DNA from: Fimbriimonadales bacterium | GTDB taxonomy: Bacteria > Armatimonadota > Fimbriimonadia > Fimbriimonadales > JABRVX01 | Length of the DNA: 64,000 nucleotides | Reading direction: 5' to 3' | NCBI GenBank assembly: GCA_045862955.1 | Contig: BTVI01000004.1 | Span: 43,770 to 107,769, forward strand | Part shown: in pieces, positions 51,408 through 60,554 of the stretch | How the letters are laid out: every line of letters begins with the position of its first letter | Numbering within the stretch: position 1 is the first letter of the stretch | Notes under the pieces: generated by a model | Told to the model about the DNA's origin: nothing | What the model saw: the letters and a program-made list of their open reading frames with translations, nothing else | The model's database searches: none | Made by a program: the position numbers and the translations under genes

Positions 51408-51859
51408 TGCCGACACTGCAAGTAGTCTCTCGCTGCTCACTTGCACTGCTTGTTGCGGTATCAGCCGCAGGGTTTGTTGTACTTTCGGGTTGCAGGCCCT
51501 ATGTGGAGAAGGTGCCGCTCTCCGTCTGCATGTTCAACCTGAGGCAGATGCGGGGTGGATTGCTCGAGGTCGCCAAGGCCTTGGGGCCCGAGGGACTGCG
51601 TCGGCTGGACTTCTCACCTGAGGGTAGCGGCTGGCGGAGGTTCGGGGTCATACCTAGCAGCGACCGACCTTGCGAGTGTCCGTCGGCCAAGCCGGACGAA
51701 GGATACGGCTATGTTCTGAACCCGCGGCTGTTCTATCACCCTATTTCCGAGATCGCCGACCAGGATTGGCTGATTGCGGATTCTGCGCCCCGCCATGATG
51801 GTTACTACTGGGCGATTACGAGGTCCGGGAAGGTCTTCAAGACGAGGTTACTCCTGTGA
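51404..51859 (+). CDS. Lipoprotein, putative immunity protein, DUF1559-like motif pattern
   Basis: Lipobox LSGC; CMFNLRQ, CPS, Y..N, RHDG. Confidence 0.65.
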   Translation: MMPTLQVVSRCSLALLVAVSAAGFVVLSGCRPYVEKVPLSVCMFNLRQMRGGLLEVAKALGPEGLRRLDFSPEGSGWRRFGVIPSSDRPCECPSAKPDEGYGYVLNPRLFYHPISEIADQDWLIADSAPRHDGYYWAITRSGKVFKTRLLL

Positions 51860-52029
51860 CGAGGGGTTCGGCTTGTTGTGCCTGTTGGTCCACAGAGTCT
51901 TCCGGAGCGCGCCTTCGTCGTGGACACGGCTGCCTGGGCACAGCTAAGACCTCAAGGCTATGGTGCGGCAAGAATTCCTTACCTCACAGTTCTCTAGCAC
52001 CTGTCAGGACAAGTTGCAACTATGAGGCT

Positions 52030-52968
52030 CCGAACGTGCACGACACCGCCGAGGGCGACCCATTGACTCTAGCATCTCGTGTACCAGGCGTTCAGCACTA
52101 CGCGCCGCTCAGGGCTGGCGCCCACCCTACGCTATGCCTTCTAGCCGGCCGACAGTGCAATAGCTCCACCACCATGCCCGGGTTCTCGGAATCAGGCGGC
52201 CGCCGCACCCTCTACTTGCTAACCGGCCAGCAGAGTACTAACACCGCCACGGTTCCCGAGTTCCCCGGGACAGGCATGCACGTCGGTGCCCGCTACTACT
52301 CCCCCTCCCTCCGCCGCTGGCTCCAGCGTGACCCAATTGACCTCCTAGCAGGAGACCCGAACCTGTACGTTTACTGCGCGAACTACCCGGTAGGTCTCGT
52401 TGACCGAACTGGCCTCGACGGATTCGAGTTCACGCTAGAGGTCGTCGCGGAAGGTCTCAAGACCGGTCTGTGCGCAGTCGGTGAGGCCTTTACATTCGGC
52501 CTGTGGAAGAACGAGCAGTACGCCAACAAGCCGGGGTATGGTACATCCGTCTTGCTGGCGACTGGCGGCCGAGAGGCGCTGCTTACTGCAGGGGCAATCG
52601 GAGCGAGCAAGGCGGTCTCTGCGGCGCGCGCTGCGAGATCGGCACGAGCGGCAACAGCAACCGCCGCCGCGGCAAGCACGAGTCGTGCCGCACCTATTGT
52701 GCGGGGTGGGATAGAGGTCACGAAGCATGCCGCGGAGCGGATGGCATCGAGAGGTGTGACATCAAAGATGGTTGAGACTGCATTGGCCAGGGGTGAACGG
52801 TTCTGGGATCCAGTAGGCAAGACTTACATCTACGTCCTTCGAAAGGTCTACCAGACCAAGGGAGGGGCGCAAGATCTGCTGGTTGCACGAAGCTCGACCT
52901 GTAATAAGATTGTGACGGTGATGGTGGGCAACAGGGTCATCAATCCCAGGTATGTGAGTATCCGATGA
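52030..52968 (+). pseudogene. Degenerate orphan RHS cassette with intact DUF4258-like tip (copy 2)
   Basis: Scrambled core remnants; PVGLVDRTGL; TKHAAERMASRGVT...IVTVM. Confidence 0.7.
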
Positions 52969-53186
52969 CCCTCCAATTTGTTAAGGTGATCGAGGACATC
53001 GTAGCTCGCCCCGACTATGAGCGTGGTACTCCGGTGTACCTCGACGTACGACGGCCCGGACCCAGGAGTCTGCCGGACGTGGCACAGACAGTGGTCTACG
53101 AGTGCGAGAACGGCATGGAGCTTTGGATTGACCTGGACGCTGATGGGAGAGCACTGGGCATCGAGGTACTTCCCATCATTGGGTGA
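52965..53186 (+). CDS. DUF2283-like immunity/antitoxin 3
   Basis: ATGA overlap; PDYERGTPVYL, CENG, DLDADGRALGIEV. Confidence 0.8.
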   Translation: MTLQFVKVIEDIVARPDYERGTPVYLDVRRPGPRSLPDVAQTVVYECENGMELWIDLDADGRALGIEVLPIIG

Positions 53187-53262
53187 TTACTAGTGGTGGT
53201 GTGGGGCCAGAGGATGCTGGTCCGAGTGGCTTCTGCCCGGCTGATTCAACCAGCTTCAGGCG

Positions 53263-54516
53263 GTGACGGGCGCGCTGAGTTATGGGTTGGCGTACGGAGC
53301 GGATGGAGCCGTGGCTGGGCTGGATGATGGAGTGTACGAGTGGACGTACGCCTATGACGACGAGAACCGGCTGAAGGAGGTGCGGCGCAACGGGCAGGTG
53401 GTGTATAGTTGTGTGTACGATGCCTTCGGGCGGCCGGCTGTTGAAACCCTGAACGGTGTGACGAGGTATCTGGTGTGGGAGGGAGATGAGCTGCTGCTGG
53501 AGGTCGGGACCAACGGAGCGGTAGCCGTGCGGCACGTGTGGGGAGCCGGTGGGTACCAGGGGTACTTCCGGAACGAGGGCAGCACCCCTACCCGGCTGGC
53601 TCTGCGGGATGGGTTGGGGCATGTGAGAGGGTTGATGAACATGTCCAAGGTGGTGACGGATCGGTACGTGTTCGACGCGTATGGCAACGACGTGGCGCCG
53701 GGGCTGCACAACACCGCGGAGGGCAACAGCCTGCGCTTCCGCTGGAACGGCTCCTGCGCCTACCGCACGCTCCCCGGCACGAACGTGATCCACGTAGGAG
53801 CAAGGCACTATTCCGCGCAGCTACGCAGATGGTTGCAGACGGAGCCCGCGGGAATCACCGCGGGCAATCCTAATATGCACCGATACTGCTACGGCAACCC
53901 GGTGTCTGCCGTTGACCCGAACGGTCGGTACACTATTTTCGTACACGGCAGTTGGAGCAACACCGAGCGGTGGGCAACCGAATTCGTGGCACAGGCCAAG
54001 CGACAGTGCCTCGAGAAGACGGGGCACTTCATGTTCGGATGGTCCGGCTGGCCGATCATCGGCGAATTGCGGCAGGCCGCCTCGGAGCTCCCAGACTTCA
54101 TCGAGTCGGTCTGGAGGCGGCACGGAAAGAGCGAACCGATTTACCTGTTCGCGCACAGCCACGGAGGGAACATCGCTCTGTTGGCCTCGCAGATATTGAA
54201 GGAGCGGGGGCACGAGGCCGGCATCATACTGCTGGTAGCCTTCGGCACTCCTTGGGGACCTATGCATCCCGGCATCGGCAAGGAGGGTACTTTGATCGAG
54301 CCAAGCGATCTGGTGTACCGGGTGTATAACGTATTCTCACGAGGTGACGCTGTTCAGTGGGCGGCGGGTGAGCGCATACCGAGTTTCGCCTCGAAGCTGG
54401 AGAAGTGCGGCCGATGGGTGAACGTCGAGTTGCCAGGGGGTTGGTTTTCAGGACTGCGGCACACCGACCTCGGTTCGCCCGCAGACTTGACGTTCCTCCC
54501 GAACCCACTACGGTAG
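53263..54516 (+). CDS. Orphan RHS cassette with alpha/beta-hydrolase (lipase-like) tip
   Basis: Core homologous to 47210-47720; PVSAVDPNGR; IFVHG, AHSHGG nucleophile elbow, FGTP, D.V, H. Confidence 0.82.
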   Translation: MTGALSYGLAYGADGAVAGLDDGVYEWTYAYDDENRLKEVRRNGQVVYSCVYDAFGRPAVETLNGVTRYLVWEGDELLLEVGTNGAVAVRHVWGAGGYQGYFRNEGSTPTRLALRDGLGHVRGLMNMSKVVTDRYVFDAYGNDVAPGLHNTAEGNSLRFRWNGSCAYRTLPGTNVIHVGARHYSAQLRRWLQTEPAGITAGNPNMHRYCYGNPVSAVDPNGRYTIFVHGSWSNTERWATEFVAQAKRQCLEKTGHFMFGWSGWPIIGELRQAASELPDFIESVWRRHGKSEPIYLFAHSHGGNIALLASQILKERGHEAGIILLVAFGTPWGPMHPGIGKEGTLIEPSDLVYRVYNVFSRGDAVQWAAGERIPSFASKLEKCGRWVNVELPGGWFSGLRHTDLGSPADLTFLPNPLR

Positions 54517-54522
54517 TTAGAG

Positions 54523-54894
54523 GTGTCTTCGATGGACTGGGAAGAGCACAGGGTATTGGCGGAACGCTTGTGGTCGAACGTGCTTGCTACACTAGGGCTG
54601 ACTGCCGGATGCTCTGCTGTGGCTGGCGTGATGGGTGTGCTACTCGTCATGTTGGTAATGCGTAGGGGGTCCACCGGACTCGAGGGTTTCGTGCACATTA
54701 CAGTCATAGCCCCACTTTCTTCTGCGGTGATTGGCGCCGTGCTATGGGCGGCCACGTGGCTCGTGGTCAAGAGCATGTTGTCTGCTGCGTTACGCCCGCA
54801 GGTCATGCAAGAGATTGCATGGGGTGTCGTAGCCCTAGTTATGGCTTTGCAGGCTTTCGTGTGGGCACTATTCATCAGGCATGGTGTGCAGTAG
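54523..54894 (+). CDS. Three-TM membrane protein, putative immunity for the hydrolase tip
   Basis: Directly downstream of the tip; paralogue of 57705-58070. Confidence 0.7.
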   Translation: MSSMDWEEHRVLAERLWSNVLATLGLTAGCSAVAGVMGVLLVMLVMRRGSTGLEGFVHITVIAPLSSAVIGAVLWAATWLVVKSMLSAALRPQVMQEIAWGVVALVMALQAFVWALFIRHGVQ

Positions 54895-54963
54895 CAGTCG
54901 CTCTGATTAACTGGCGGCGCAGGCCTCTCGGCTTTACTGCCGCGCTCGACACTACATGACTGC

Positions 54964-56121
54964 TTGGGGCATGTGAGAGGGTTGATGAATACGTCCAAGG
55001 TGGTGACGGACAGGTACGTCCACGATGTGTACCCGTTCGCGGGCGGGGGTGCGTCTGACCCTCGTAGCGCGCTGCCCCCGCGCTGTCATGTGGTTGAACA
55101 CGCGCGCCGCCGGCCGGGCAGCGCAAGTGGCAACGACGTGGCGTCGCGGTTGCACTGCTCCTACAAGCAGGGCGACAGGGACAGCACCGAGGACGACCCG
55201 TTCGCTCTAGTGCCTCCTGTGCCCGGTGTTCAGCACAACGCGGGGCTAAGGGCAGGTGGCACCGACGCGGCGCCGAATCTGCACAACACGGCCGAGGGCA
55301 ACAGCCTCCGCTTCCGCTGGAACGGGTCGTATCCCGACTCATCGGGGACAAGCGGCTACCGGACGCTCTACCTGCTCTCCGGCCAACAAACCACTAATAC
55401 CGCCACGGTGATGCACGTCGGTGCCCGCCACTACTCCCCATCGCTTAGAAGATGGCTGCAACGGGACCCGATCGACCTACTCGGCGGCCACCCGAACATG
55501 TACCAGCACTGCTTTGGAGACTCGGTTCAATTCGTGGATCCTCTCGGGTACCAGACAGACAAGCGCGAGTCGCCCGGCCAGCAAGCTGCCAAGAACGCCG
55601 ACAAGAACATTGACAGAGGCCCCAAGGACTGCGCTAAGTGGTGTCGGAAGACCTACGAGGACATTCTTCCGATGCCGCCTGGAGCCGCGAATAGCTGGGC
55701 CAGGTGGTTCGCAGATCACTCAGAGCACTGCCAGAAGGTGGCCAATGACAAGAGCTATGTTCCCTGCCCCGGTGACGTGCTCGTGGTAACACGCCCAAAG
55801 GCAGCACACGGCCGCATACCAATGATAGGAACGCCACTTGAGATCCGGCTGCTGGTGCCAACGGATGTCGGGCCGAAGCCCCTGCACCCTGTTCACATCG
55901 TGACAGTGTTCGGCGTGCCCATGATGGTTGTCAAGCAATCAATGGTTGATGCCAGCTTGCCCGACCGCCCTGGTACGAGGAGGCTTCTCAGCCCAGAAAG
56001 CCACCTTCACGACCACTCCCCAGGTGCTACAGTGACGATATGGCGGCCCCGTCGCTGCGGCGATACAAGCTGCGATTATTGCAAGGAGAATGCTGCTCGA
56101 CCGGAGCAGAAGGGCAGGTGA
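54964..56121 (+). CDS. Orphan RHS cassette (with in-frame inserts) and CHAP/NlpC-P60-like tip
   Basis: VQFVDPLGY; DCAKWC, GAANSW, PCPGDVLV, HIVTV. Confidence 0.7.
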   Translation: MGHVRGLMNTSKVVTDRYVHDVYPFAGGGASDPRSALPPRCHVVEHARRRPGSASGNDVASRLHCSYKQGDRDSTEDDPFALVPPVPGVQHNAGLRAGGTDAAPNLHNTAEGNSLRFRWNGSYPDSSGTSGYRTLYLLSGQQTTNTATVMHVGARHYSPSLRRWLQRDPIDLLGGHPNMYQHCFGDSVQFVDPLGYQTDKRESPGQQAAKNADKNIDRGPKDCAKWCRKTYEDILPMPPGAANSWARWFADHSEHCQKVANDKSYVPCPGDVLVVTRPKAAHGRIPMIGTPLEIRLLVPTDVGPKPLHPVHIVTVFGVPMMVVKQSMVDASLPDRPGTRRLLSPESHLHDHSPGATVTIWRPRRCGDTSCDYCKENAARPEQKGR

Positions 56122-57056
56122 CGAGTTTGGTTCAGCTGCTGATGTTCGCATTACTGCTCACGGCGCGGACAGACACCGACGAGCCGTGGTTTGCCTACAA
56201 GACCCTCACGGGTGGAGTCGCGGTGCAGGCAGGCCAGACGGTGAAATACACCCTTCCGATGGCGGACATCGTAGGGTGGGTGTCGTGCTCCCAATCGCTA
56301 CTTGTAGTTGACTACACATCATCTGGAGCACGTGTGCTTGTTGACCCTTACTCTGGCGCGACAACGGGGGTCACGCAGACTGTCTCATGGCCGAAGAGCA
56401 CGGCTCCGACCGACACCGCAGATCGCCCGGATCCCACGGGAAGCAGGTTCGTCACCTACCATCGGGATGGGAGCATCTGGCTGGCTGACTACACGATGGG
56501 TACAGCCACTCAGTTGTTCTCTGCGGATCGACTTAAGAATCAGTTCGGTATTCCGGTGCCAGGAGGCGAGGGACAGCTGCCGGTTCGCAGTGTCTGGAAT
56601 CCAAGTGGCACGAAGGTAGCGATATCGCTACCCAGCGGCGAGATAGCGACGAGCCAGGCCATGGAGGAGCACTACGACGTCTGGCTGATTGACGTTGCTT
56701 CGCGCAATGCCGCGAAGCTGGGACGCGGGTATCCATACGTGTGGCTGTCAGACGATAAGGTACTATGCCTCTACTGGCACATCGTTGGAAACGAAGCTCG
56801 TAAGGAAGCAAGGGTTTACTCCACCTCGGGCAAGCTGCTAGCATCGAGGCATGACTTCCACGACCTGGGCTGGGACGGGAAGAGAATCCTGGGAGTCGTT
56901 TCTCGTCGCAACCCCAAGACGGACCGAATCGATTGCTTCGTGCAGGCCTGGTCTCCCGATCTGAAGAGGAAGCTCGGGGAGTACCCGTGCCCCGACTACC
57001 GGTATACGAACAGGGAGGGCACTCTCGAAGGCATCCCCCGACCGGAGAGGAAGTGA
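56118..57056 (+). CDS. Secreted TolB/beta-propeller-like protein, putative immunity
   Basis: GTGA overlap, signal peptide, PDPTGSRFV, WNPSGTKVA, WSPD. Confidence 0.65.
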   Translation: MTSLVQLLMFALLLTARTDTDEPWFAYKTLTGGVAVQAGQTVKYTLPMADIVGWVSCSQSLLVVDYTSSGARVLVDPYSGATTGVTQTVSWPKSTAPTDTADRPDPTGSRFVTYHRDGSIWLADYTMGTATQLFSADRLKNQFGIPVPGGEGQLPVRSVWNPSGTKVAISLPSGEIATSQAMEEHYDVWLIDVASRNAAKLGRGYPYVWLSDDKVLCLYWHIVGNEARKEARVYSTSGKLLASRHDFHDLGWDGKRILGVVSRRNPKTDRIDCFVQAWSPDLKRKLGEYPCPDYRYTNREGTLEGIPRPERK

Positions 57057-57084
57057 CGCTGTCTGATCAGTCGGTCCCCGGGGT

Positions 57085-57693
57085 CCGGACGCTTTATGCT
57101 AATGGCATTGTGTCTTCATGCTTCGGCAGCAGAGCCGAGCGGTGCTCCCGAAGCGCACGGTCAGCAGCGCCTACTTTCGATGGAGCGCCGGCCTCGCCGC
57201 CAGGGTCCTCTCGACTCCCTACCATGGCTGCTTCGGCATGACCACTTCGTTCTGATACCGAAGCATCCAGGTAGCGTTGGCTATGAAGATCGCTGAGGTG
57301 TGGAAGAAGTACGGCCAGACGGAGCCGATCTACATCTTCGCCCACAGCCACGGGGGGAACATCGCGCTGATTGCCTCGCAATACCTATCGCGTTGGGGGT
57401 ACAAGACCGGTAACATCGCCGTGATCGCGTTCGGTACGCCGTGGGAACCGTGGGGAGTTCTGACATTCCCGGAAGCTAGGCCGAGCGACTTAGTCGAGCG
57501 GGTGTACAACGTCTTCTCGCGCTCCGATGCCGTTCAGTGGTTGTTCGGGAATCGCGTGCCGGGCTGGGCAAGAAACTCGTCCGATTGCGGCTGGTCGGAT
57601 ATTGTTTATGAGGGCAAGGGTGCCCCTGGACACCGCAACCTCGGCCATCCCCGGGACATTGAGAACCTACCACCGTTCAAGTGGCGTGAGTGA
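57085..57693 (+). pseudogene. Frameshifted second alpha/beta-hydrolase toxin tip
   Basis: 57277-57693 aligns with the tip in 53263-54516 (EPIYIFAHSHGGNIAL, PSDLV.RVYNVFSR.DAVQW); degenerate 5' part. Confidence 0.7.
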
Positions 57694-57704
57694 GGTAGAG
57701 CATC

Positions 57705-58070
57705 ATGGAGATCCATTACCGCTTTGATGTGCCGGACTTCTGGTCGCGGCTTGGCCGATCTGCGTCTTACCTCGTGCTGGCGTGCCTGATTTCAGGCTAC
57801 GTTGGATTGGTGATTGGGATGCTCCTCACGCGGAGGTTCTTCTCGGAGTTGAGTGGCTTCGCCCACATCATATTGATCGTACCGATGTCGTCGATGATAG
57901 TGGGGGTTGTCGTATGGAGCGTGATCCTCAGCGTCGTTTACTTCCATGCCTCCGCCGACGGGGTGCTGGATTCCTCGGTGGTGCTGACTGCCACAATCGT
58001 GGCGAGCGGGGTGGTCCTCGTGCTCCAAGCTGTCGTGTGGGTCCTGCTCGTCCGGCTTGGTGGCCAATAG
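57705..58070 (+). CDS. Three-TM membrane protein, putative immunity
   Basis: L.GF.HI..I.P.SS..G...W shared with 54523-54894. Confidence 0.72.
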   Translation: MEIHYRFDVPDFWSRLGRSASYLVLACLISGYVGLVIGMLLTRRFFSELSGFAHIILIVPMSSMIVGVVVWSVILSVVYFHASADGVLDSSVVLTATIVASGVVLVLQAVVWVLLVRLGGQ

Positions 58071-58169
58071 GTGTAGCTCCATCGCAGGCACCGGCCTGGT
58101 CAGCTCCCAATGCTGCGCCGGCTGCCATGCCCACGATGTGCGTGACACACTGGCGACCACGGGCAGGAC

Positions 58170-59899
58170 GACGCTGTATCTGGTGTGGGAGGGCGATGAG
58201 CTGCTGCTGGAGGTCGGGACCAACGGAGCGGTCGCGGTGCGGCACGTGTGGGGAGCCGGTGGGTACCAGGGGTACTTCCGGAACGAGGGCAGCACCCCTA
58301 CCCGGCTGGCTCTCCGGGATGGACTGGGGCATGGCAGGGGTGTGCATTCCCTTCCTCTCCCTTCCCAAGGGAGAGGATTGAGGTGAGGGTTTCCGTGGTG
58401 CCCCTGCCCAGAGGCCCCGTTGCTGGTAGGGGCCTGCTGGTAGCAGTCGAACTCTCATCCCAGCCTTCTCCCTTGGGAAGGGAGAAAGAGGTTGGTAGTT
58501 CTTGCCCCAACCGGCTGGCGTTGCGGGGTGGGTTAGCTGCCTCTTCCCCCCCTCCCTTGTTCAAGCGGGAGGGCCTGCGAAGCTGGGATGGGGGCTGCCG
58601 AGCGCACAGTCGGCTCCGACCTAGCTGGGAGAGAGGCGACCCCCTTCCCAACCTTCCCCCTGGCCAGGGGGAAGGGGTAACATGCTGTCGGCCCTGCGGG
58701 ATGGGTTGGGGCATGTGAGAGGGTTGATGAACACGTCGAAGGTGATCACGGATAGGTACGTCCCCGATGCGTATCCGTTCGCGGGCGGCGGCGGGTCTGA
58801 CCCTCGTAGCGCGCTGCCCCCGCGCTGTCATGTGGTTGAACACGCGCGCCGCCGCCCGCGCAGCGCAAGTGGCAAGGGCGTGGCGTCGCGGTTGCACTAC
58901 TCCTACAAGCAGGGCGACAGGGGCAGCACCGAGGACGACCCGTTCGCTCTAGCGGCTCCTGTGCCCGGTGTTCAGCACAGGTCGGCACTCAGGGCAGGTG
59001 GCAGCGACGCGGCGCCGGAGTTGCACAACACGGCCGAGGGCAACAGCCTGCGCTTCCGCTGGAACGGCTCCTACGGCTACCGCACGCTCTACCTGCTAAC
59101 CGGCCAGCAGACGACGAACACTGCGACCGTTTCGGAGTTCTCGAGGACAGGCGGCTACCGTGCGATCTACCTGCTCTCCGGCCAACAAACCACTAACACC
59201 GCCACGGTGATGCACGCCGGGGCCCGCCACTACTCCCCCTCCCTCCGTAGATGGCTCCAACGGGATCCGACTGACATCGCGGCCGGAGAGCCCAACCTAT
59301 ACGTCTACTGCGGCAATTGCCCACTTGGCCTTGCAGATCCCCAAGGGCTAGACGGCTTCGAGTTCACGTGAGAGGGCGTCAAGGAGGGTGTGAAGACCGG
59401 CCTGTGTGCTGTCGGGGAAGCCTTCACATTCGGCTTGTGGAGGAACGAGGACTATGCAAACAAGCCCGGGTATGGCACGTCCGTGGCACTTGCCACTGTA
59501 GGGCGGGAAGCACTTGTTACCGCCGGAGCCGCTGGGGCGAGCAAGGTCATTACCGCGGCGCGCGCTGCGAGATCGGCACGGGCCGCAGCAGCAACCGCCT
59601 CCGCAAGCACGAGTCGCGCCGCGCCAATCGTGCGGGGCGGGATCGAGTTCTCCAAACACGCCGCAGAGCGGATGGCAGAGCACAACGTTACTACCAAGAT
59701 GCTTGAGGTAGCATTGGCGAAGGGAGAGCGATTCTGGGATCCACTCCACAAGACCTACATCTACATCCTTAGGAGGGCTTACCAGACGAAGGGCGGACCT
59801 CAAGATCTGCTGATTGCCAGGAGTCCAACGTGCAATCGTATCGTGACCGTCATCGTAGGAAACAGGGTGGACAGACCGAGGTTCGTACCCCTCAAGTGA
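58170..59899 (+). pseudogene. Orphan RHS cassette with DUF4258-like tip (copy 3), interrupted by palindromic elements and a nonsense codon
   Basis: TGA at 59369-59371 where the paralogue has TGG (62229-62231); PLGLADPQGL. Confidence 0.8.
58334..58690. repeat. One type-1 and one type-2 REPIN-like element within the RHS core
   Basis: cctctcccttcccaagggagagg...ccttctcccttgggaagggagaa; ccttccccctggccagggggaagg. Confidence 0.85.
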
Positions 59900-60114
59900 T
59901 CGTGGACCTGATATCGTTGGTCAAAGAGCTTGCCGCTCACCCGGACTATGAACCGGGGACGCCGGTGTGCTTCAAGACGCGGTCGCAAGGGTGGGACCAA
60001 CCATCGGACGTTGCTGACACCGTGCCGTACGACTGCGCCAACGGCGTAGACCTTTGGGTCGACATCAGCCACCAAGGGCTTGTGCTTGGCCTCGAGTTCT
60101 GGGGCAAGTGGTGA
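59896..60114 (+). CDS. DUF2283-like immunity/antitoxin 4
   Basis: Near-identical to 49691-49909. Confidence 0.78.
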   Translation: MIVDLISLVKELAAHPDYEPGTPVCFKTRSQGWDQPSDVADTVPYDCANGVDLWVDISHQGLVLGLEFWGKW

Positions 60115-60232
60115 GCGAGGAATCCTCGGGCGACAGCACCCGGCCCGGCGGTCGGTACCATAGTTTCGCTCGCCCGGCTCTGGATAGCATCGTACGAATC
60201 GTAGTGTGGGCAATTAGGCAAGAGGTGGGACA

Positions 60233-60514
60233 GTGTTCGTTGACCTCATAGACATCCTGAAGGACATATTAGCCCGGTCAGACTGCGCTCCAGGGACTCG
60301 CGTGTACCTAGATATGCGTCCACAGGATCCAGATCCAACGCCCGAAGTCGCCAAGAAAGACGAGTGGCTTTGCGAGAACGGGATGAAGCTGGTGGTTGAC
60401 TACGATGAGCAGGGACGCATCCTGGGGATGGAGGTGTGGCCTATCGTCGAGTCCGAGCAAGCGGACACGAGTTGTGAGCCCCGTCCTCCAGCCCCGCCTA
60501 AGGGCCAAGGCTGA
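60233..60514 (+). CDS. DUF2283-like immunity/antitoxin 5 (orphan)
   Basis: Paralogue of 50040-50261 with C-terminal extension. Confidence 0.75.
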   Translation: MFVDLIDILKDILARSDCAPGTRVYLDMRPQDPDPTPEVAKKDEWLCENGMKLVVDYDEQGRILGMEVWPIVESEQADTSCEPRPPAPPKGQG

Positions 60515-60554
60515 CCCCCCGTGCTCATTCTCCAGGCGGGCACCGGTTGCGGCA

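Noticed and set aside
59369..59371. TGA recoding (Trp or selenocysteine)
   Set aside because: TGA is a normal stop throughout the window; a single TGG-to-TGA change in a decayed cassette is simpler
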